Source: an uncultured Verrucomicrobia subdivision 3 bacterium (GTDB lineage: Bacteria > Verrucomicrobiota > Verrucomicrobiia > Limisphaerales > UBA11358). Taken from it: a stretch of 64,000 nt of DNA. The stretch is taken from assembly GCA_903870815.1 (NCBI GenBank), contig CAIQEI010000134.1, positions 51-64,050 of the forward strand, written 5' to 3'. The position numbers and the translations under genes are program-made. Under the pieces are notes generated by a model. That model saw only the letters and a list, made by a program, of their open reading frames with translations. It was not told the DNA's origin and searched no databases. Positions within the stretch are counted from its first letter, which is position 1; every line of letters starts with the position of its first letter. Positions 47,121 through 55,513 of the stretch are shown in pieces.

Positions 47121-47504
47121 GTTGTTTGTGTTCCAAGCATCTTTATTCAAGATATTTATGATTATTTTGGCGTTTTGACTGTGGTGGCCGTTCCAGGCGG
47201 TGGGGGCTTTAGCTTTGGCAGCGGTGGTGGCTTTGTCCTTGGGGTCTACAATCCGGCTCCCCAAATCATCGACGATGGCTTGGGCGCCGGGGACGCCGAA
47301 ACGCGCGAAGCTTTTTGAACTGCGCCGGCAGAGTGGGAGCGGCGACGGCGATTTCGGACAGACAAGAAACATTCGGGAAGCGAATATTTTCCGTGCTTGC
47401 GAAAGCGGCGTGGCGCTGCGCTTCCCGTCGAAGCCCAAAACCGGTGCGGTATTCCCCGCAGCCAGATTTGGCCGGCCCACCCCGATTGCCTCCCGCCATG
47501 CGTG

Positions 47505-47640
47505 CCGTGTTTGCTGGGAACTTTTTCACGACCACCGGCTGCTTGAACACTGCTCGACAAGTTTACGGCACCGGCCTAAAGTCAAACTCATGAAATTGGA
47601 TAGACTGAACAACCGGTCTTCCATTCTTAGTTAGGCAGCA
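47505..47640 (+). repeat. Inter-ORF module, copy R1 (5'-truncated)
   Basis: Aligns to 47925-48062 at roughly 85% identity, including the promoter-like hexamers, the hairpin and GTTAGGC. Confidence 0.8.
47554..47582 (+). promoter_or_regulatory. Sigma-70-like promoter within module R1
   Basis: TCGACA-N17-TAAAGT. The identical hexamers and spacing recur at 47976-48004. Confidence 0.45.
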
Positions 47641-47649
47641 TTACACGCT

Positions 47650-47886
47650 ATGCACAAATCGGGCACAGATTATTTGAAGAAGAAGCGGAGCCAGTCGGCT
47701 GTCACCATCCCGATCAGCATCGCCCTCCTTGGTTTTATACTTTACAGTAGTTGGCAGCTTGACGCGCCGTGGAACATCACGCTCATGTGCCTCAGCATTC
47801 CGGTGCTGTGGCTTGTGATTGCTGTCGGTTCATGCCTTTATACCGGACGCCAAATTAAACGAGAGTCAGACGATGATGCTGCCTGA
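47650..47886 (+). CDS. Small two-TM membrane protein (hypothetical)
   Basis: 78 aa with two clear TM helices (VTIPISIALLGFILYSSW, ITLMCLSIPVLWLVIAVGSCLY). ATG lies 14 nt after GTTAGGC. No obvious SD. Confidence 0.5.
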   Translation: MHKSGTDYLKKKRSQSAVTIPISIALLGFILYSSWQLDAPWNITLMCLSIPVLWLVIAVGSCLYTGRQIKRESDDDAA

Positions 47887-48062
47887 TATGAGAATAGACT
47901 GCGAGTTCCCAAAGGTCCGCTAAAGTTTCCCGGCCGTTTCGCAGGGGTTCACGCTGCCGGCCGCTTAAACGCTGCTCGACAAGTTTACGACACCGTCCTA
48001 AAGTCAAATTCACGAAAATGGATAGACTGAACAACCGGGCATCCATTGTTAGTTAGGCCACT
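47886..48062 (+). repeat. Inter-ORF module, copy R2 (full length, ~177 bp)
   Basis: Its 5' part matches 48486-48580 and its 3' part matches 47505-47640. Confidence 0.8.
47976..48004 (+). promoter_or_regulatory. Sigma-70-like promoter within module R2
   Basis: TCGACA-N17-TAAAGT, the duplicate of 47554-47582. Confidence 0.45.
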
Positions 48063-48068
48063 TGCGTT

Positions 48069-48464
48069 ATGTCACGTCGGAAACGCTACATTTTGATTGC
48101 CGGTGCCGGGCTTTTGGTGGTTGTCGCGCTTGCTTTTCTCACAAACCCTTCGTCGCCATCGGGTCGGTATGTTGCGAATCCCAATCTCGCGCTTGAGGGC
48201 GATTTTTACTGGCAGTTTTCCGGTGGCCACGCGAGGATTGTTTATGACGGTGGTAGTGACCAGACCGGCACATATTCATTCACGAACGGCAGTTGGTTTA
48301 TTGACACTTCCGGATCTATTCACGCTCCGCAGCATCTCTGGCGGATTGAGTGTTCTTGGTTTGGAGTTCAGCTTTACGACGAGACTGGTAAGCGGGTTGA
48401 TTCAATGCGTCGCCGAATCATTCCCTGTTTACGGCCAGACTGGATGCCTGATTGGATGCAGTAG
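48069..48464 (+). CDS. Small N-terminally anchored hypothetical protein
   Basis: 131 aa; TM anchor YILIAGAGLLVVVALAFL followed by a Gly/aromatic beta-like domain. ATG lies 11 nt after GTTAGGC. Confidence 0.5.
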   Translation: MSRRKRYILIAGAGLLVVVALAFLTNPSSPSGRYVANPNLALEGDFYWQFSGGHARIVYDGGSDQTGTYSFTNGSWFIDTSGSIHAPQHLWRIECSWFGVQLYDETGKRVDSMRRRIIPCLRPDWMPDWMQ

Positions 48465-48485
48465 AGTATAATGACCAGTGGCGTA

Positions 48486-48580
48486 ATATGAGAATTGACT
48501 GCAAGTTCCCGAACGTCCGTTAAAGATTCCCTTTCGTTTCTCCAGGTTTCAAATCCCGCCCGTCCTCAATTCAACGCGAT
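48486..48580 (+). repeat. Inter-ORF module, copy R3 (3'-truncated)
   Basis: ATATGAGAATTGACTGCAAGTTCCCGAACGTCCGTTAAAGATTCCC matches 47886-47931. Similarity decays before the promoter/hairpin part. Confidence 0.75.
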
Positions 48581-48848
48581 GCCGCGGCGGATGAAAGTGG
48601 GGATGTCCAAATCTTCGCCGCGATGGAGCGTGGGCTCGCTCTTGTCGAACCGGCCCCGGGAGATGATGGTCAGCGGCAATTGCCCCGGCACGGCCTTGTT
48701 CCCCGCCCGGCGGGCGCGTGGGCGGGCCGCCGCTTTCGCGGGCTAAAAGCGCGATCGGTTGGGAGCAAGAAAAACCAAGTTCGCTTTTGCTTTCGCCGGC
48801 GCCGGCTTCCTGTTAAAACTTTTTCAGGTGGAACCACCCCAGCCCAGC

Positions 48849-51800
48849 ATGTCTCCCGTCACCGGCAAACGCCTCCTGCGTTTTGTTGGCGACAAAATCC
48901 TTTTCACCATCCGCGCCGGCCCCAACGTCGCCGGGCAAAAGAACTGGTCCGCCCGCCTCCGCACGAACCTGGGCCGCGCCGCCGCCCGCCGCCGCGAAAT
49001 CATCTCGGCCCACGCCGGGCAGGCGGTGGTGGCCAATTCCTCCTGGCGAGATGTGCCGATGCAGCCCACCGCCGACGGCTGGCAGATCGAGCTGCCGCTG
49101 GCCGAGGTGGGCTACTTCAAGGCCAAGGCCTATCTGCTGGATGAGAAAAACTGGCAGCACTGGCCGGACGGCGCGGACGTGGGCATTTCCGTCCACCCCA
49201 ACTTCACGCGCACGGCCGGCACCCTTTACTGCGCCTTCACGCGCCTGTTTGGCGCCACCAAAAAACTGGCCGCCACTGCCGATGAGCGAATGGACGCCCA
49301 ACTGAAGTCCCTCGAAGCGCTCGGCTACGCCACGCTGCCGCCATCGGGAAAATTCCGCGACCTCACTCAACAACTGCCCTTCATCGTTAACCAGCTCGGC
49401 TGCCGCATCATTCATTTGCTGCCCGTGCATCCGACGCCCACGACGTACGCGCGCTTCGGCCGTTTCGGCAGCCCGTATGCCGCGCTGGACCTGACGGCCG
49501 TGGACCCCGCGCTCGTCGAGTTTGACCAGCGCACCACGGGCATTGATCAGTTCAGCGAACTCACCCATACCGCCCATGCGCTGGGCGCGCGGGTGTTCAT
49601 TGATATTGTCATCAACCACACGGGCTGGGGCTCCACCTTGCAGGAGAATCATCCGGAGTTTTTTCTAAAAAAGCCAGACGGCGAATTCGCCAGCCCCGGC
49701 GCGTGGGGCACGGTCTGGGAGGACCTGGTGGAACTGGAACAGCACGATGTGCGGCTCTGGGACATGATCGCCGATTCGCTGCTGACGTGGTGCCGGCGCG
49801 GCGTGGACGGGTTCCGCTGCGATGCGGGCTACAAAATCCCGGCGCCGGCGTGGCAATACATCGTGGCCCGCGTGCAGGATGAATTCCCGGAAACAATTTT
49901 TCTGCTCGAAGGCCTCGGCGGCTCGTGGGACGCCACGGAACTGCTGCTCACGGAGGGCGGCATGCAATGGGCCTACTCGGAGCTGTTCCAAAATTATTCC
50001 GGCCGCGAGGTCGCGTGGTATCTCGACTACGCCAACCGCCAGAACACGCGCGTGGGCAGCTACGTGCATTATTCCGAGACGCACGACAACGATCGCCTCG
50101 CCAAAAAGGGGCGCGCGTGGTCGCTGCTCCGCAACCGCCTGTGCGCGCTCACCAGCCCGAGCGGTGGCTTCGGCTTCACTTGCGGCGTGGAATGGCTGGC
50201 CGCCGAGAAAATCCGCGTCCACGGCAACACCGGCCTGAACTGGGAGGCGGCCGAAAATATCGTCCCCGAACTCGCCCGGCTCAACCGGCTCGTCTCCGAC
50301 CACCCGTGTTTTTTTGACGGCGCCAAACTCACGCGCCTGAGCGCGCCGGATTCGCCGGTCTATGCGCTGCTCCGCGAATCCGCCGAAGGCAAGGACTCGG
50401 TGCTGGTGCTGGTAAATACCGAGGTTGAAAAGGAAAGCGCGCTGGCGCCGGCCTCCGCCGAGATCAAATTTCAGATTTCAAATTTCAAATTCGACCTGCT
50501 CGGCCAGCCGTTGCCAGTCTTGTCCGTCACCAAAGAGGTGACCACGGTCACGCTCGCGCCGGGCGCGGCTTTCTGCCTCGCGCCGACGGAGAAGCCGGCC
50601 GGCTTGAGCGGCGACGATTATCGCCGCGCCCGGGCGCAGGCCGCGTGGGCTCTGGAGTCGCTCAATAAAATCATCGCCGCCGAAACCATTGACGGACTGG
50701 ATTGGCAGTTGCTCGCGGAGCAGGTCGGGCGTTCGCCGAAAAACTTTCTCGCCGCCGCGAGTGAATTCGCCGCGCGCCCGGTTAAGACTCCGTTCTCCCA
50801 AGTATTGGCGGAGGTCGCCGCCGGTAACGTTTTTCCGCGCGTTGTCGGCTGGACCCTGATTGACGCCCGCCGCGTCACGCTGGTGCCGCCCGGCCATTGG
50901 CTGTTGATTGAAGATTCCGCGCCGTTCCGGGCGACGCTGGAAACACGGAATGCGGAGGGCGGAGGGCGGAATGAAGGCATCAGCGCAATACACGTTCAAT
51001 CCATTGCCAACGGCGAGGTTCATATTGCCTGCTTCGCGCCGGGCCAGCCGGACGGTGACACGCAGTTGACCGTGGAACGTTACGCCACCACCGCGCAAAA
51101 AGTTTCCGCAGCCGTCCGTTTTCTTTCCGCCATTCCGCGATCCGCAATCCGCAATCCGCAATTCGACGACCTGGTCCTGCTCACGAACGGCATCGGCGGC
51201 ATGGCCCGGCTGTGCGTTGACCTCGGCCGCGTTAACTCCAAATACGACTGCGCGCTCGGCGCGAACCTCAACCCCACCGTGCCGGTGGACCGCCATGTTT
51301 TCGTGAAGCGCCTCCGCGTCTGGGTGAACGCCGACGGCTTCCTTTCGCCGCTCGATTTCAAGAATCTCGGGTCGTTCCAGGCCGGCGCCACCGCCGTCTG
51401 GAATTTCGTGGCCAACGCCGGCGACGGACGCACGGTGGAGATCGAACTGCGCGCCGCCATGACGGCGGGCGAGAACACGACCGTCTTCCACTTCCTCCGG
51501 CCATCGGAAAAACGCGCGGGCGGCAAGCAGCTCCCCGCCAGCGCCGAGGTGAGCCTCACCGTGCGCGTGGATATCGAGGACCGGAATTTTCACAGCGAGA
51601 CGAAGCGCAATGGCGGCGCCGATTTTCATTTCGCGTCCAACTGCCGCGAAATTACAAATCGCACCGGGTTTGAATTCACCCCGGCACCGGACCGCCAGCT
51701 CCGGGTGGTCGCCGACGCCGGCGAATATCATCCGCAGCCGGAGTGGTGCGAGAACATCCCGCATCCGGTGGAACAGACGCGCGGCCAGACCGGCAGCGGC

Positions 51801-53198
51801 GACGCCTACAGCCCCGGCTGGTTCGAGCTGCCGCTGGCTAAGGGCGCGGACATCACCCTGGTGCTCACGGCGGAACCCGGGGAAATCAAAAGCGAAAAGC
51901 GGAAAGCGGAAAACGAAAAATCCGAAACCACATTTGCCACGCAACTGGAATCTGCGGCGAGACAATTTGTCGTCCGGCGCGACGCGGGCAAAACCGTCAT
52001 TGCCGGCTATCCGTGGTTTCTCGACTGGGGGCGCGATTCGCTGATTGCGGCGCGCGGGCTGCTGGTGGCTGGCATGACCGACGAGGTGAAGCAATTAGTC
52101 CTCACGTTCGCCAAATTCGAGAAGGACGGCACGCTGCCAAATACGATCCACGGGAATGACGTTTCCAACCGCGACACCACGGACGCGCCGCTGTGGTTCG
52201 CCGTCGTGTGCGAGGAGATAGCCGAGATTCATAATCCGAAATCCAAAATTAAAGATTTTTTTGCCACGCCAGTGGACGAAAACGGGCGCACGATCCGCGA
52301 GGTGCTGGAGAGCATCGCGGAAAATTATGCCAAAGGCACCCCCAACGGCATCCGCATGGACACCGATTCTGCGCTCATCTGGAGCCCGAGCCATTTCACC
52401 TGGATGGACACCAATTATCCCGCCGGCACGCCGCGCGAAGGTTATCCGGTGGAGATCCAGGTGTTGTGGATCCGGCTATTGCGGTTGCTGGAAAAAATCG
52501 CCGGAGTTCAATCTGCAGCGGGTTCGGCGGACACGCTGAAGCGTGAACTCCAACAAAAGAAATGGCGCGACCTGGCCGACCACGCGACGGCTTCGTTTGA
52601 AAAACTATTCTGGCTGGAGACACAGGGATGGTTCGCCGACGTGCTGCTGGCCGGCCCGCGCGTTATCGCGCGTGACGCCACCGCGAGCGATGCATTACGG
52701 AGTAACTGTCTGTTTGCCGTAAGTCTCGGCCTCGCCGCCGGCGAACGGGCAAAACGTTGTGTCGAGGCGGCGCAGAAATATCTCGTCGTACCCGGTGCGC
52801 TGCGTTCGCTCGCACCACTGCCGGTGACTGTGCCATTGCCAATCGAACGTGACGGATATCTTTTGAACCATCCGGCTGATCCCTATTGGCCCCGTTACGA
52901 AGGCGACGAGGACACGCGCCGCAAACCGGCCTACCACAACGGCACGGCATGGACCTGGACGTTCCCGACCTTTTGCGAGGCGCTGGCGCGGGCGTGGGAT
53001 TTTTCTCCGGCGGCGGGTGGGGCGGCGAAAAGTTATCTGGGCAGTTCGGAAAAAATCCTGAATGAGGGCTGTCTCGGCCAGATTCCGGAAATCCTGGACG
53101 GCGACGCGCCGCACACACAACGCGGCTGCGATGCGCAGGCGTGGGGCGCGACCGAGGCGCTGCGCGTTTGGAAATTGTTGGCCGGGAAAAACCCCTGA
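48849..53198 (+). CDS. Fusion of GH13 alpha-amylase-family catalytic domain with glycogen-debranching (amylo-alpha-1,6-glucosidase, GDE_N+GDE_C) domains
   Basis: GH13 regions: FIDIVINHT, GVDGFRCDAGYKIP, IFLLEGLGG, YSETHDND. GDE parts: YSPGWFELPL, AGYPWFLDWGRDSLIAARGLL, AYHNGTAWTW. ATG 48849; 1449 aa. Confidence 0.8.
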   Translation: MSPVTGKRLLRFVGDKILFTIRAGPNVAGQKNWSARLRTNLGRAAARRREIISAHAGQAVVANSSWRDVPMQPTADGWQIELPLAEVGYFKAKAYLLDEKNWQHWPDGADVGISVHPNFTRTAGTLYCAFTRLFGATKKLAATADERMDAQLKSLEALGYATLPPSGKFRDLTQQLPFIVNQLGCRIIHLLPVHPTPTTYARFGRFGSPYAALDLTAVDPALVEFDQRTTGIDQFSELTHTAHALGARVFIDIVINHTGWGSTLQENHPEFFLKKPDGEFASPGAWGTVWEDLVELEQHDVRLWDMIADSLLTWCRRGVDGFRCDAGYKIPAPAWQYIVARVQDEFPETIFLLEGLGGSWDATELLLTEGGMQWAYSELFQNYSGREVAWYLDYANRQNTRVGSYVHYSETHDNDRLAKKGRAWSLLRNRLCALTSPSGGFGFTCGVEWLAAEKIRVHGNTGLNWEAAENIVPELARLNRLVSDHPCFFDGAKLTRLSAPDSPVYALLRESAEGKDSVLVLVNTEVEKESALAPASAEIKFQISNFKFDLLGQPLPVLSVTKEVTTVTLAPGAAFCLAPTEKPAGLSGDDYRRARAQAAWALESLNKIIAAETIDGLDWQLLAEQVGRSPKNFLAAASEFAARPVKTPFSQVLAEVAAGNVFPRVVGWTLIDARRVTLVPPGHWLLIEDSAPFRATLETRNAEGGGRNEGISAIHVQSIANGEVHIACFAPGQPDGDTQLTVERYATTAQKVSAAVRFLSAIPRSAIRNPQFDDLVLLTNGIGGMARLCVDLGRVNSKYDCALGANLNPTVPVDRHVFVKRLRVWVNADGFLSPLDFKNLGSFQAGATAVWNFVANAGDGRTVEIELRAAMTAGENTTVFHFLRPSEKRAGGKQLPASAEVSLTVRVDIEDRNFHSETKRNGGADFHFASNCREITNRTGFEFTPAPDRQLRVVADAGEYHPQPEWCENIPHPVEQTRGQTGSGDAYSPGWFELPLAKGADITLVLTAEPGEIKSEKRKAENEKSETTFATQLESAARQFVVRRDAGKTVIAGYPWFLDWGRDSLIAARGLLVAGMTDEVKQLVLTFAKFEKDGTLPNTIHGNDVSNRDTTDAPLWFAVVCEEIAEIHNPKSKIKDFFATPVDENGRTIREVLESIAENYAKGTPNGIRMDTDSALIWSPSHFTWMDTNYPAGTPREGYPVEIQVLWIRLLRLLEKIAGVQSAAGSADTLKRELQQKKWRDLADHATASFEKLFWLETQGWFADVLLAGPRVIARDATASDALRSNCLFAVSLGLAAGERAKRCVEAAQKYLVVPGALRSLAPLPVTVPLPIERDGYLLNHPADPYWPRYEGDEDTRRKPAYHNGTAWTWTFPTFCEALARAWDFSPAAGGAAKSYLGSSEKILNEGCLGQIPEILDGDAPHTQRGCDAQAWGATEALRVWKLLAGKNP
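50463..50490. repeat. Heptanucleotide tract in the debranching-enzyme gene (1 of 4)
   Basis: ATCAAAT TTCAGAT TTCAAAT TTCAAAT, encoding IKFQISNFKF. Confidence 0.7.
50946..50973. repeat. Heptanucleotide tract in the debranching-enzyme gene (2 of 4)
   Basis: CGGAATG CGGAGGG CGGAGGG CGGAATG, encoding RNAEGGGRNE. Confidence 0.75.
51131..51165. repeat. Heptanucleotide tract in the debranching-enzyme gene (3 of 4)
   Basis: CATTCCG CGATCCG CAATCCG CAATCCG CAATTCG, encoding IPRSAIRNPQFD. Confidence 0.75.
51884..51925. repeat. Heptanucleotide tract in the debranching-enzyme gene (4 of 4)
   Basis: AATCAAA AGCGAAA AGCGGAA AGCGGAA AACGAAA AATCCGA, encoding IKSEKRKAENEKSE. Confidence 0.75.
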
Positions 53199-53282
53199 AA
53201 TGCCGGCGGCGGGCGGAACGATTTTGAACACGTTGATTTTCTTCGTGTCCATTCCAGCGGTTTCGTGGTTTAATTTCACCGC

Positions 53283-53837
53283 ATGAAATTGTCGCTCTTG
53301 TCAGTATTACTCGGCCTCGGCATGGGGCTGCCGCAGGTTTATGGCCTAGCCAAACCGGCGCAACTCGCCGCGGCCGCCCGTAAATTTCCGCGCAACTTCG
53401 TGGCGGGCTGTGTCCTGATGCTGCTGGCCACGGCCTGGTTCGTTTGGAACGTGAATGGCGAGCCGATTGCGGACTTCTCCGCCTTCAAGCCCTACATGGT
53501 CGGCGGCTTCGCCGCGGTCGGAGTGCTGTCGTGCCTCTTTGTCCGCGATTTCCTCGCCGTGCGCGGACTGGCCGTGCTGCTGTTGCTGCTGGGCAAATTG
53601 ATGGTGGACACCGGTCGGCCGCACCTCGGAGAATCGCCGTTCGTGCTGGTCATCCAGGCTTGGGCCTATGTCCTCGTCGTGGCCGGCATCTGGTTCACCG
53701 TCACGCCATGGAAACTGCGCGACCTGATCGGCTGGTCCACAGCCACCGAAGCGCGCACGCGGTTTTTGAGCGGCTTGCGGCTGGCGTTTGCGACGTTCGT
53801 CCTGATCCTCGGCCTGACCGTTTTCCGCACAATGTAA
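53283..53837 (+). CDS. Hypothetical polytopic membrane protein
   Basis: 184 aa with about 5 TM helices. Its stop lies 1 nt before the pdxH ATG, suggesting translational coupling. Confidence 0.55.
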   Translation: MKLSLLSVLLGLGMGLPQVYGLAKPAQLAAAARKFPRNFVAGCVLMLLATAWFVWNVNGEPIADFSAFKPYMVGGFAAVGVLSCLFVRDFLAVRGLAVLLLLLGKLMVDTGRPHLGESPFVLVIQAWAYVLVVAGIWFTVTPWKLRDLIGWSTATEARTRFLSGLRLAFATFVLILGLTVFRTM

Positions 53838-53838
53838 A

Positions 53839-54543
53839 ATGAACCTGGGCGATTTCCGCGAAGATTACCGGCGTGGCGCACTCGACCGCGCGGCGCTGGA
53901 CGCCAACCCGCTCGCGCAGTTTGAGGCGTGGTTCCACGACGCGACGGGCGAACCATCGCAAAGCCGCTGGCGGAAGATCGGCATCGCGCTCTACAAACTG
54001 TGGAGCGCCATCGGTAATCATCGTCCCGCCGACATCAACGCGATGACGCTGGCGACGGTGGACCCAAACGGCAAACCCTCGACACGAACGGTGCTACTGA
54101 AATCCGTGGACGACCGCGGCTTCATCTTTTTCACGAACTACGATAGCCGCAAGGGCCGCGAACTGGCGGCGAATCCGAACGCGGCGCTGACCATTTTCTG
54201 GCAAGAATTAGAGCGGCAGGTTTGTGTGGCGGGAACCGTGACTAAATTGCCGGTGGCGGAATCTGAGGCGTATTTCCAGAGCCGTCCGCGCGGCAGCCGG
54301 CTGGCCGCTTGGTCATCCAACCAAAGCGAAGCCATTCCCGACCGGGCCGCCCTCCAAGCAAAATGGCAGGAGATGGAGAAACGATTTCCCACGGGTATTC
54401 CCCTGCCACCAAACTGGGGCGGGTTCATTTTAAGACCAGAACGGATTGAATTCTGGCAGGGGCGTCCCAGCCGCTTGCATGACCGTTTTTCCTACACGCG
54501 ACAGCCGGATGATGCCTGGAAATTAGAAAGGCTCGCGCCGTAA
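53839..54543 (+). CDS. pdxH: Pyridoxamine 5'-phosphate oxidase
   Basis: FFTNYDSRKGRELAANP and RIEFWQGRPSRLHDR motifs. There is an extra ~20-aa segment near the N-terminus (SQSRWRKIGIALYKLWSAIGNH). Confidence 0.85.
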   Translation: MNLGDFREDYRRGALDRAALDANPLAQFEAWFHDATGEPSQSRWRKIGIALYKLWSAIGNHRPADINAMTLATVDPNGKPSTRTVLLKSVDDRGFIFFTNYDSRKGRELAANPNAALTIFWQELERQVCVAGTVTKLPVAESEAYFQSRPRGSRLAAWSSNQSEAIPDRAALQAKWQEMEKRFPTGIPLPPNWGGFILRPERIEFWQGRPSRLHDRFSYTRQPDDAWKLERLAP

Positions 54544-54590
54544 ATTTTTCGACCACGCGCCCAAAGTGGCGGGCATCACTTGAGAACAAA

Positions 54591-55454
54591 TCAGAATTTA
54601 TAGCTGATACCACTGACGAGCTTGATGTCGTTTTTATCGCGGCCGGCCGCCGGCTGGTTGTTATAATTTTCCACCAGAAAAGTTTTCAGGCTGACTGACT
54701 TGGAAATGGAGGATTCAATGCCAATCTCGGCGTTTACGATGTAGTTGTCCAATTTGTTGACCTGCGGCAATATTTCGGCGTTTTCCCAGAGCCGCGCGTT
54801 GTAGCCAGTGAACTTGTGCTCAAACCGTTCTGCCAGACGCAGGGTGGCGTAACTATCATCCACGTTGCCCAGGCGCTCGCACACGAAACTGGAACCCAGT
54901 TCAACCGCGAGCGCGGTGTTGGTTTGCTTGATCAAATAATAACCGGCACCGGGACCGACGGTGATGCGGTATTGCAAGTCGGCGACGCCATCGTGCAACC
55001 CTTCCACGCGGGCATAGGCATAGATCCGTTCATTGAACAAGTGGTTGTATTGTCCGAATCCGTGGACGGTGTCCACGTCCTTCACGGCGTTGTTCACGCC
55101 GTAGGCACCATCAGCGCCGAGGCCGAATTCGTTGTCGGGCGTCTTTTTATGCGTCTGCGCTCCGCCGGTGACCAGCAGGGTGGAACTATTGCCGCGCGTC
55201 AGGGTGAGACCGGCAGAAAAGCTGCTTTCCCATGGGTATTTGATCGGCTGAAGCATCTGGTTGGCGGCAGACTCAAATGGCGGTTTGGCATTTCCGCCGG
55301 CTGCGGGCAGGACATTCGTCACGGTAACGAAGTTGGTTTCCGTTATCGTCACGACATTGGTCACGGTAATGAGGTTGGGTTGCGCGACCGTATTAACCGG
55401 TAGCGCCAGCATGGCGGTGACGGTGATAAACAAAATGGCAATCGTTTGGTTCAT
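54591..55454 (-). CDS. DUF481-family outer-membrane beta-barrel protein
   Basis: Signal peptide, then alternating beta-strand pattern; ends in ...SGISYKF (C-terminal Phe). The N-terminal TVTNV repeats are encoded by ~21-nt DNA repeats. ATG 55454. Confidence 0.6.
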   Translation of the reverse strand: MNQTIAILFITVTAMLALPVNTVAQPNLITVTNVVTITETNFVTVTNVLPAAGGNAKPPFESAANQMLQPIKYPWESSFSAGLTLTRGNSSTLLVTGGAQTHKKTPDNEFGLGADGAYGVNNAVKDVDTVHGFGQYNHLFNERIYAYARVEGLHDGVADLQYRITVGPGAGYYLIKQTNTALAVELGSSFVCERLGNVDDSYATLRLAERFEHKFTGYNARLWENAEILPQVNKLDNYIVNAEIGIESSISKSVSLKTFLVENYNNQPAAGRDKNDIKLVSGISYKF

Positions 55455-55461
55455 ATACAAT

Positions 55462-55492
55462 GGCCGCACAAAAAACAGGTTTTGGTGCGGCC
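55462..55492 (-). terminator. Strong hairpin downstream of gyrA (terminator-like, no clear U-tract)
   Basis: GGCCGCAC-AAAAAACAGGTTTTG-GTGCGGCC: 8-bp GC stem extended by AAAA/TTTT. Confidence 0.45.
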
Positions 55493-55513
55493 AGGGCAAG
55501 CGAGATTGAAGGG

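Noticed and set aside
46726-47318. Two plus-strand ORFs (101 and 103 aa) that translate the array into quasi-heptapeptide repeats.
   Set aside because: Unit lengths of 20, 21 and 22 bp shift the frame between units, so the two ORFs are in different frames. The DNA-level dyad symmetry explains the sequence better than coding does.
47088-47480. A 130-aa minus-strand ORF (and overlapping ORFs in other frames) next to the array, considered as its cognate DNA-binding or Rep protein.
   Set aside because: I can recognise no HTH, RHH or Rep motif. The composition is Ala/Pro/Arg-rich, the ORF terminates inside the array, and three mutually exclusive ORFs cover the same DNA. It may be a decayed gene, but that is unsupported.
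47574-47636. A strict integron attC site (GTTAGGC core plus hairpin).
   Set aside because: There is no RYYYAAC inverse core at the expected position. The paired blocks are separated asymmetrically (12 nt against 4 nt). No intI gene lies in the window. I keep it only as one hypothesis within the cassette finding.
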